Shown here in pieces: positions 45,851-53,197 of a DNA stretch of 64,000 nt. The DNA comes from Defluviitaleaceae bacterium (GTDB taxonomy: Bacteria; Bacillota; Clostridia; Lachnospirales; WQUN01): assembly GCA_009779835.1 (NCBI GenBank), contig WRBD01000002.1, forward strand, positions 20,622 through 84,621, written 5' to 3'. The first letter of the stretch is position 1. Each line of letters starts with the position of its first letter. Both the position numbers and the translations under genes were made by a program. A model generated the notes under the pieces. That model had not been told where the DNA came from. It saw only the letters and a list, made by a program, of their open reading frames with translations, and searched no databases.

Positions 45851-46984
45851 ATGTTCAATGGAGAAAGATTGGCTGAGATACGCATCGTCAGAAACATGAC
45901 CCAAGAGCAATTAGCAGTTCCGCTAGGGATATCAAAGCAAATGGTTTCAAGGTATGAAGACGGAAAAAACATACCGCAAAGTGAAACGGTTAAAAAAATG
46001 GCGCAGCTTTTGTCCATACCGATAAAATGCTTTTATAAAGATAATTTTGCTTTTGACACAAAATCTTCCACAGTATTTTTTAGGGCTAATATAGACACCT
46101 CAAAAAAAGTAAGGGAAAACATTAAAATTGCAGGTAAATGGGGTTATGAAATTTTAAAAGCAAATGAAAAATTATCAAACCCTTTTTTAACACTTTCGAT
46201 AGACAATAATCTAACCATCCCCGAAAAAGCAACCGTGCTTAAACAGAAATGGGGTATCGGAGATAATCCGGTTGAAAATATGGTGGCGTTGCTGGAGATA
46301 CACGGGTTTAATATTTTTACTGTTGATTTCCCCGGATTAAAAACAGAAGCTTGCTCACAAATTATAAATGGCATTCCAATAATCGTGATAAATAAAAATA
46401 TTGGAACCGCTGTTCGACAAAGATTTAGCTTGGCGCATGAGTTAGGTCATATGATATTGCACAGAGGAATTGCCCATTGGGATTTTGAAATTAGAAATAC
46501 AGAGCTTGAAAAAGAAGCACATGAGTTTGCCGAATATTTTTTATTGCCAATGAAAGGTTTTGAAAAATCGCTTTTACCGCTCAAGATAGAGAAACTGATT
46601 GAGTTAAAAAGGAAGTGGAAAGTTTCATTGGCGGCATTGGCTATGCATTGTAAAAACACCGGATTAATTGATGCTTCGGAGTGCGATGCTCTTCATAGAT
46701 TTATCAGTACCCGTGGATGGAAAAAATTTGAGCCGTTAGATGATGAGTTTGAGTACGAAAAACCATATGCGATGGGGCAACTTGCGTTAAGCACAGCAAC
46801 GGATAAAGATACTTTTTTAGAGTTTTTTGACAAGGTACTGTTACCCGCAGATATCATTGAAAGTTTATGTTCTTTGCCAAACGATACATTCACAGGCATT
46901 TTGAATGGTTCGTTTGATATGAACGATACAGCCGGGTTTGAGCAACTGGATTTGTCTGATATTGGAGGTGACCACAATGCTTAG
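45851..46984 (+). CDS. XRE-family HTH fused to ImmA/IrrE (COG2856) zinc metallopeptidase
   Basis: N-terminal FNGERLAEIRIVRNMTQEQLAVPLGISKQMVSRYEDGKNIP (HTH_XRE) and central SLAHELGHMILH (HEXXH). ATG 45851 follows GGGAGGTGA. Confidence 0.8.
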   Translation: MFNGERLAEIRIVRNMTQEQLAVPLGISKQMVSRYEDGKNIPQSETVKKMAQLLSIPIKCFYKDNFAFDTKSSTVFFRANIDTSKKVRENIKIAGKWGYEILKANEKLSNPFLTLSIDNNLTIPEKATVLKQKWGIGDNPVENMVALLEIHGFNIFTVDFPGLKTEACSQIINGIPIIVINKNIGTAVRQRFSLAHELGHMILHRGIAHWDFEIRNTELEKEAHEFAEYFLLPMKGFEKSLLPLKIEKLIELKRKWKVSLAALAMHCKNTGLIDASECDALHRFISTRGWKKFEPLDDEFEYEKPYAMGQLALSTATDKDTFLEFFDKVLLPADIIESLCSLPNDTFTGILNGSFDMNDTAGFEQLDLSDIGGDHNA

Positions 46985-47945
46985 AGAGGTATCACTTGAA
47001 GTAATCAGAAAATGTTCAAGCAACTGTTTGCACTGCTCTTCTTTATCAAATGAGCATTGTACAGAAATTTTAGATTATGAAATATTTCCCGAACTTGCTG
47101 GGGATACAGTCGCATTAGGAGGGAAGACGATTTGTTTTTCAGGGGGAGAACCGTTTTTACACGACAAAATTTCCAATATGATAAAACTTACTTCATCTCT
47201 CGGATTACAAACATACGTTTACACTTGCGGAATTGTATTTGATGAAAAAAACAATAAAACTTCAATTGATAAAGATATTTTAAAAGATATTTCCCCTTAC
47301 GTAACTAAACTGATATTTAATATTGAGGCTGCAACACCTGACATATATGACAAAATCATGGGAACAACCGGTTGCTTTGAAAAAATGAAGCAATCCATTT
47401 GTGATGCCCATGATTTAGGCATTACAACAGAGGCACATTTTGTGCCTATGAAATTGAATGTAGATGAAGCGGAAGCTGTCATAGATTTATGTAACAGTCT
47501 AAATGTTTCAAAATTAAGTTTTTTACGATTAGTTGCGCATGGCCGTGCGCAAGAAAACGAAGAAATGATTTTGTTGCCTGATGCGGATTTAGAATTATTC
47601 AAGACCGGATTAGATAAATTATCTAAACAGTCAAAAGTGGAAATTCGTATAGGGGTCCCCCTTTCTGCCAATAAACTTCAACATAAGTGCGAAGCGGCAA
47701 TCGGAAAGCTAAATATCAAATACGACGGCACTGTGTTTCCTTGCGAAGTATTTAAAAATGACCGCATATCCCGTCACTTAAAGGGCACGGTACCCGAAAA
47801 TATCTATAAAAAACCGTTGCGGGAAATATATCTCAATTCAACATATCTGAACATTGTCAGAGAGTTATCAAAAAACTTTCAATGCAACGATAATTGTGAA
47901 ACATGCATAGGGCAGTATTTGATAACCAAAGAAGGGGTTATGTAA
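46977..47945 (+). CDS. Radical SAM enzyme with SPASM/twitch-like C-terminal Cys motifs
   Basis: CSSNCLHC (CX3CX2C, nt 47013-47036), FSGGEPFLH, C238-X12-G-X4-C256 (nt 47688-47744) and CNDNCETC (nt 47883-47906). The ATG overlaps the upstream stop by 8 nt and is preceded by GGAGGTG. Confidence 0.8.
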   Translation: MLREVSLEVIRKCSSNCLHCSSLSNEHCTEILDYEIFPELAGDTVALGGKTICFSGGEPFLHDKISNMIKLTSSLGLQTYVYTCGIVFDEKNNKTSIDKDILKDISPYVTKLIFNIEAATPDIYDKIMGTTGCFEKMKQSICDAHDLGITTEAHFVPMKLNVDEAEAVIDLCNSLNVSKLSFLRLVAHGRAQENEEMILLPDADLELFKTGLDKLSKQSKVEIRIGVPLSANKLQHKCEAAIGKLNIKYDGTVFPCEVFKNDRISRHLKGTVPENIYKKPLREIYLNSTYLNIVRELSKNFQCNDNCETCIGQYLITKEGVM

Positions 47946-47946
47946 A

Positions 47947-49497
47947 ATGAGTATATATAAAGACCGTGATTTGCTGAAGAAATGCATTGAAAGAGAGGCA
48001 ACTGACTTGTTCCCTGCGTCAGTATGCTGCCATCCCCTTGATGAAGAAGTGGTTAGAAAACTTCAAAATCTGTGGTCAAAATTTGACACAGATAGTGATG
48101 ATTTCAGAATATTTAAATTCCGCAAAGAGTTTATAGACCCATTGTGGAAAATGCTCATCGAGAAAGCAATAAAATGTTTACGGTATTATGACACAAGGGA
48201 ACCATTTTCAGGCAACCCCGGTCAAAAGGTTCCAAAAGCGTATGGGATTGTTGAAATTAAAAAATATTATGACCAGTATACAGATTTTGAAAGCGTGTTA
48301 TACGGTGCCAACAGTTACTACAGAGACCATGTCGTTCACGTTTTTAGAACATGGCTACTTGGCGTTAGGCTGTTAGTTAAAAACAATGGTGAATATCTAA
48401 ATGAAATTAAACTCCATGAAAAAGACATGGATGTAGCTTTGGAAAATTCCGAGAAGCTTAGTATGTGGACAATCATTGCACTTACCCATGATTTGGGATA
48501 CCCTTTGCAAAAGGCAAAAAGTATCATTGATACTACAAAATCCATGGTGTCTACTTTTATTTCCAATCCCGATATATCGTTGGACTTTTCGTTTCATGGT
48601 GTACAAAATTACATGAATGACTTTATTGTCCGCTTGATGAGTTCGAGAATGAGGAAATCAGATAAAAATGAGCAAACTGACGTAGAAGAAGCTGAAAGTA
48701 TGTATGCCGCAAGATTGCAACCCAAGTATTACTTTAAATTCCTCAAGTCTTTAGAGGAAAACCAGCATGGGATATTAAGTACATTAATCATTTATAAGCT
48801 TCTGACATATTTTATAGAGTCCGATTTTAACATTAACGAAGACTACCTTTTTGATGAGGATGATGCGCGGCAATTCTATATTAGGCGTGAGATATTACGG
48901 GCTATTGCGTCTCATACATGCGATGATGTATATCAACTGTATATGACATCTTTTTCATTTTTACTGCGGATTTGTGATGACGCACAAGAGTGGGGTCGAA
49001 AAAATATTACCGAGCTTTATGTTAAATCCGCAAAAGTATATGAGCTTATAAAACTTGACTTTATTTTTGATAATGCCAACGCTTCACACAACTGTATTGT
49101 TGAGGAAAAACTTGAAATTTCTGACGAACAGGACGCTGTTATTTCAGCGATAAACCGATTCAGAAAACAAGCACTTGTGTATGTAATGATTTTCCGTGAT
49201 GGACAAGATACAGTATCGCGTGATTTTTCGTTTGAGAGGAAACTAACTATTAAGTGTAGTGGATTGGTAATAAATCTATCTTTGGAAATACCTAAAGAAA
49301 GTAAGTCGGAGCTAAGCGTAACTATTGAATATGTTTCTGATGGTAATACCAATAAAAAGTTTTCAAAGGAATTTTTTAAAGATATAAAAGGGATTGAAGA
49401 ACAATTTAAGATAGTGGACAGAAATGATAGCGTTGTAGATGAAAACTCATATCAGGAATGGAAAACCGGGACGTTTACTATATCGTTATTGGAATAG
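47947..49497 (+). CDS. HD-domain (metal-dependent phosphohydrolase superfamily) protein, 516 aa
   Basis: RDHVVHVFRTW (His), IIALTHDLGYP (HD, nt 48487-48492), ENQHGILS, and ICDDAQEWGR (Asp). Starts 1 nt after the radical SAM stop. Family not otherwise recognised. Confidence 0.6.
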   Translation: MSIYKDRDLLKKCIEREATDLFPASVCCHPLDEEVVRKLQNLWSKFDTDSDDFRIFKFRKEFIDPLWKMLIEKAIKCLRYYDTREPFSGNPGQKVPKAYGIVEIKKYYDQYTDFESVLYGANSYYRDHVVHVFRTWLLGVRLLVKNNGEYLNEIKLHEKDMDVALENSEKLSMWTIIALTHDLGYPLQKAKSIIDTTKSMVSTFISNPDISLDFSFHGVQNYMNDFIVRLMSSRMRKSDKNEQTDVEEAESMYAARLQPKYYFKFLKSLEENQHGILSTLIIYKLLTYFIESDFNINEDYLFDEDDARQFYIRREILRAIASHTCDDVYQLYMTSFSFLLRICDDAQEWGRKNITELYVKSAKVYELIKLDFIFDNANASHNCIVEEKLEISDEQDAVISAINRFRKQALVYVMIFRDGQDTVSRDFSFERKLTIKCSGLVINLSLEIPKESKSELSVTIEYVSDGNTNKKFSKEFFKDIKGIEEQFKIVDRNDSVVDENSYQEWKTGTFTISLLE

Positions 49498-49501
49498 CGT
49501 T

Positions 49502-50149
49502 ATGGAAAATTTAACGCTGGAGATATCAACAAAAACAAATTCCGCGGATATTCTGTATTTCGTGGATTTTTGCGTTGAATCTGTAAATAGAGTATCCGCG
49601 CATATTGATAAAGAGAAATTCGACGAACTCTGTTTGACCGGATGCCCGAATTTCAACAAAAAATGGTCTTGTCCGCCATATGCGCCATCGTTTTTGGATT
49701 TTACAAAAAACTGGGAAACGCTGTGTGTTTTATACGCATATACAAACATGTCACAATTCGCGTATATAAAAAATGACTACTTGAAAATTAAGGCCGCAAA
49801 TGTAATATTAAAATCCAGAATTGATGGATTTCTCCGTCAAATATCCTCAAAGTATGGAAATTACATTTCAACCGGTAGCTGCCGCCTATGTAAACCGTGT
49901 AAGTGCAAGTTGCAGCTACCATGTAAGCGACCCGTGAAGATGACATACAGCTTTGAAGCTATGGGTGTTAATGTAGGGAGTTTAGTTGACGAATTCTTTC
50001 AAAAACCACTGTTATGGTACTCGCAAAACAACCTGCCTGAATATACATCCGTTGTTTGCGGGTTATTGACAAACTTAAAAATTACAGAGAATAACCTGAG
50101 AGATGAATATTTGCGGTTTACTAAGATTTTCAACAAGCCAAGTTCTTAA
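49502..50149 (+). CDS. Cys-rich DUF2284-like putative metal/Fe-S binding protein
   Basis: CLTGCPNFNKKWSCPPYAP (from nt 49643) and GSCRLCKPCKCKLQLPCKRP resemble the DUF2284 Cys pattern. ATG 49502 is 4 nt after the HD gene stop. Confidence 0.5.
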   Translation: MENLTLEISTKTNSADILYFVDFCVESVNRVSAHIDKEKFDELCLTGCPNFNKKWSCPPYAPSFLDFTKNWETLCVLYAYTNMSQFAYIKNDYLKIKAANVILKSRIDGFLRQISSKYGNYISTGSCRLCKPCKCKLQLPCKRPVKMTYSFEAMGVNVGSLVDEFFQKPLLWYSQNNLPEYTSVVCGLLTNLKITENNLRDEYLRFTKIFNKPSS

Positions 50150-51612
50150 TTGTATTTTCGCCTTAACCGCACAAATAAACCCGCTCCAAAGAAGCCCAGC
50201 GGAATGCCGAACATTGCAACGCTTCCGATTAATGTTGTTGCTCTGCCGGTGATTAAAAGCGGCATTTGACCGGGGGGAGTTCTTGCGGGGATGAAAATTG
50301 CGGGGGGCTGGTCTTGAAGCCAAAGCAAGGAATTTAAAACGAAGTGCCAATTGCCTTCGCCGATGTACATAGTGTAGTTGGGGTTGTAAAATTCGCGGTT
50401 ATTTACCGCTACGATTCTTGTGTAATACGCCGTACCTGCAATGAAAATGCGTTCTGTTACGGCAAGGGCTAGCGGAAACGGGCCGGGGGTGTCTGTTGGT
50501 ATTCGCGACAGCGTTTCGGCTTCTTCATCTAAGTAGCGCGAGAACGATTCTTGCGACGTAAACCATAACGGTTCAATTTCAAGGGTGGTTCTGCGAACGG
50601 GGTTGATTCGCATTTCCGCCGGGAAAAACGGAACAAGGTTTGCGAAATTCCGCGCAAAAATGTTTTCGGTTATTTCATGTTGCATGATATTGGGCACGAT
50701 ATGGAAAAATGTGCGACCACTGAAAATATTTTGCGGGTTGTCCTCGAAAATTAAATAATCGGCAATGGAAATGCCGTATGCGTCCAAAATATTTGCAAGG
50801 TTTGGCGTTGCAACGGGCGCGAGGTCAAGCGCGAAAAACGCACTGCCCTCGGCTTCAAGGAATGCGAGAACACGCTCCGCCTTTGGCTCAGTCCAGTCGC
50901 GCACGGGCATTGATATGAAAAGAATATCCGCATCGGCAGGGATTTCTTCAAGTACAAGATTTATTTCGCGAATCATAAAATTTTCCGATTCAAGGAATGC
51001 AATCAGTTGCGACGGAAGCGAAGCCTCACCGCTTCCGGTTACATAATAGACAACAGCCGTCGCGCCCTGCGTTGTGCTGTGAATTGCGCGGGTTATTTCA
51101 CGTTCTATGTTATAACTTTTTATTTGTGTGACCGCTCCTGTGAATGGGTTGACATCGAAATCCACCATGTTTTGCGGTTCTATTACGCGAATTCCCGTTG
51201 CGGATTCAATTAAGACGCTATGGTCGGGAATGCCGCCCTCAATGTCTGCTTTCTCGGCAAAACGACGGATAAGCGCGGGGTTTAACAACGGGTCGCGTGT
51301 TTCTACGCGAATTCTTGACGAAGCGGCGGCGTACTCATCCAGAAGTTGCGCGGTTATCCGCGAAATATTCGCGAGTGTTCCCGGCAATTCCTGCCCCGCA
51401 CCCGCTATTCGCGTGATGGTAATGTCCTGCTCAAGCTCTGCCAAAAATTCGCGGCTTTGCGGCGAAAGTGAAAAAATTTGTTGTCGCGTGAGGTCAAACG
51501 ACCGGTCAAATTCACCCGCGAGAAGATTTGCAAAAATAAAAATAATTACCGCAAGCAAAACCATAACAGTGGAAAATGTTCCGTAACGAAAGCGTTTGTC
51601 TATTATCGCCAC
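50146..51612 (-). CDS. GldG-like auxiliary component of an ABC-2 type transport system
   Basis: N- and C-terminal TM segments bracket a large extracytoplasmic domain, and the gene is paired with an ABC-2 permease. The pattern resembles the ABC_transp_aux/GldG family. Confidence 0.5.
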   Translation of the reverse strand: MAIIDKRFRYGTFSTVMVLLAVIIFIFANLLAGEFDRSFDLTRQQIFSLSPQSREFLAELEQDITITRIAGAGQELPGTLANISRITAQLLDEYAAASSRIRVETRDPLLNPALIRRFAEKADIEGGIPDHSVLIESATGIRVIEPQNMVDFDVNPFTGAVTQIKSYNIEREITRAIHSTTQGATAVVYYVTGSGEASLPSQLIAFLESENFMIREINLVLEEIPADADILFISMPVRDWTEPKAERVLAFLEAEGSAFFALDLAPVATPNLANILDAYGISIADYLIFEDNPQNIFSGRTFFHIVPNIMQHEITENIFARNFANLVPFFPAEMRINPVRRTTLEIEPLWFTSQESFSRYLDEEAETLSRIPTDTPGPFPLALAVTERIFIAGTAYYTRIVAVNNREFYNPNYTMYIGEGNWHFVLNSLLWLQDQPPAIFIPARTPPGQMPLLITGRATTLIGSVAMFGIPLGFFGAGLFVRLRRKYN

Positions 51613-52475
51613 CTCCTTTTTTCGATTACATTAACCGTCAAGTAGAGAAATAACGCGCTGAACGAAATGTAATATACAATATCGCTTACGCGCAAAATTC
51701 CGCGCGTGAAAAAATTAAACCGCGTGAAAATGGAAAACCATAAAAGAACACGCACAATTATTCCATCGAAAATTAGATTATTTACGAAATACAAACCGGC
51801 TGCCACGCCGATTCCAATTAGACCCGCAAGAATGGCGGCGGCAATTTTTTTCGTGGAATTATACCAAACTGCCCCGAAAACTCCGATTAAAAAAACCACA
51901 AACGCAAGCGAAGAAAACGTTGAGGTAGGCATACCCGCCGCAACGCCATCCATGATAAACATAACAAAAATCGCCGCCATTGTACCTACCGCGGCGATAA
52001 TTTGATTTTCCGTAAGTACCGAAATAAAAACACCGATTGCGATACAAGCCGCACCCAGCAGAAAAAAACCGACATACGCGCCCGCAATTTGACTAATGGG
52101 AAGTTCGCCGTATCTGCCCAAAAGAAGCGGTAAAGCCACGGTAATAATCAACCCCATCAAAAAAAGCGAAATCGCGGCAAAAAATTTACCAAGCACAATC
52201 GCTGTAATCGTAAGCGGACTAGTAAAAAGCAATCTGTCGGTTTCCTGCCTTGCTTCCTCGGAAAAAAGCCGCATTGTAAGTACAGGTATTAAAATAAAAA
52301 AGAAAATACTTACATTTGAAAGCACAAATTGAAAATTCCCGTCCCCACCACGCACACATATCAACGTAAAAAAGATCCCGAATAGCAATAGCATAAAAGC
52401 CAAAAAAGCATAACCAATCATTTGTATAAAATAGGAACGCATTTCTTTTTTATAGATTGCGAACATTTTTAACAC
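51603..52475 (-). CDS. ABC-2 type transporter permease (GldF-like)
   Basis: 290-aa polytopic membrane protein starting MLKMFAIYKKEMRSYFIQMIGYAFLAF, as in ABC-2 family permeases. 10-nt overlap with the downstream GldG-like gene. Confidence 0.55.
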   Translation of the reverse strand: MLKMFAIYKKEMRSYFIQMIGYAFLAFMLLLFGIFFTLICVRGGDGNFQFVLSNVSIFFFILIPVLTMRLFSEEARQETDRLLFTSPLTITAIVLGKFFAAISLFLMGLIITVALPLLLGRYGELPISQIAGAYVGFFLLGAACIAIGVFISVLTENQIIAAVGTMAAIFVMFIMDGVAAGMPTSTFSSLAFVVFLIGVFGAVWYNSTKKIAAAILAGLIGIGVAAGLYFVNNLIFDGIIVRVLLWFSIFTRFNFFTRGILRVSDIVYYISFSALFLYLTVNVIEKRRWR

Positions 52476-52588
52476 CTCTCGTTATTACTCCGCAACGAAA
52501 CCCATTGCGGAGTAATAATGTTATCACAACCAAAGTAAAAATCAATGAAATTGATTGTATTTTATTTGCTTTTTTGAGAAAATAAGCA

Positions 52589-52617
52589 TTGACATGTTAC
52601 ACGCATCGTGATATTAT
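52589..52617 (+). promoter_or_regulatory. Near-consensus extended -10 sigma-A promoter (TTGACA-17-TGaTATTAT)
   Basis: TTGACA 52589-52594, a 17-nt spacer ending in TGA, TATTAT 52612-52617. No ORF with an RBS follows for about 580 nt. Confidence 0.65.
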
Positions 52618-52623
52618 GTGCTT

Positions 52624-52970
52624 GCAACAATCAAACAGTCGTTTTACGCCATGAACGGGTTTTGCCAACTTCGGAAGGGGCTTCGCGCCCTGAAACGAAC
52701 CGCACCGCTTCCGCTCTAATCTCTGTATCATGTTGCAACTGCATTACCCGCCGTGACACATATGATGGGGGTAGCGCACCGGGCTACGGTACCAGCTCGG
52801 CTTCGCTACCCAAGCATGCACCTTCGTATGCGTTGCGGCAACCCGCCGGGGGCACGTGACCCCGGCTTTACTTAAAAAACTAAATAAACAGAAAAAGTAA
52901 AGGCTTCTTGCAAAAAAGGAACTATTCATAACCTCGCAGGCGCGAAAAACGCGTTTGCGGGGTTATTTGC
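52624..52970 (+). ncRNA. Candidate structured RNA (unclassified): either an sRNA or a long cis-regulatory leader of the downstream protease gene
   Basis: GC-rich block in AT-rich intergenic DNA. Helices found by hand: GGGTAGCG/CGCTACCC (52759-52766/52795-52802) enclosing CCGGGCT/AGCTCGG; GCCGGGG/CCCCGGC (52836-52842/52850-52856); CTTTACTT/AAGTAAAG (52857-52864/52886-52893); and a 15-bp terminal hairpin at 52930-52964. I could not match it to any RNA family from memory. Confidence 0.35.
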
Positions 52971-53197
52971 GAACAAAAATTAGATGCAATTAATTGACAA
53001 AAATAATCTAATGTTGTTATTATGGATTCTATAAATTTCCATTAGATGAACTTTAAGCGAGCTGAAAATTTTTTACTCGACTTGTAATTTGTTACATATG
53101 ATGAAGGGGGCGAGCCCATTTACGTAAATTGAAGTAATCTCAGATTAAGAAACTTTTAAAGCAGAGTAAAAAATAAATCACGAAAGTAGGAGAAATT

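Noticed and set aside
45694-46017. 107-aa minus-strand ORF across the cassette promoter and the 5' end of the XRE gene
   Set aside because: It is antisense to a well-supported HTH gene, with no RBS or recognisable features.
52771-52786. Partial resemblance of GGGCTACGGTACCAGC to the T-box motif (GGGTGGTACCGCG)
   Set aside because: Only the GGTACC core matches. I identified no Stem I/specifier features, and the downstream gene is a protease, not an amino-acid-related gene.
52608-52859. 83-aa ORF inside the structured intergenic region
   Set aside because: There is no ribosome-binding site, and the Cys/Arg/Ala/Ser-rich sequence has no motif. The region is better explained by RNA secondary structure.
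52620-52970. Possibility that the RNA candidate is RNase P RNA, tmRNA, SRP RNA or 6S RNA
   Set aside because: Hallmark motifs are absent on both strands: GGAAAGUCCGG for RNase P; a GGGG...UUCGA...CCACCA tRNA-like end for tmRNA; GGUCCGGAAGGAAGCAGC for SRP; and a long end-to-end rod for 6S. It is left unclassified.
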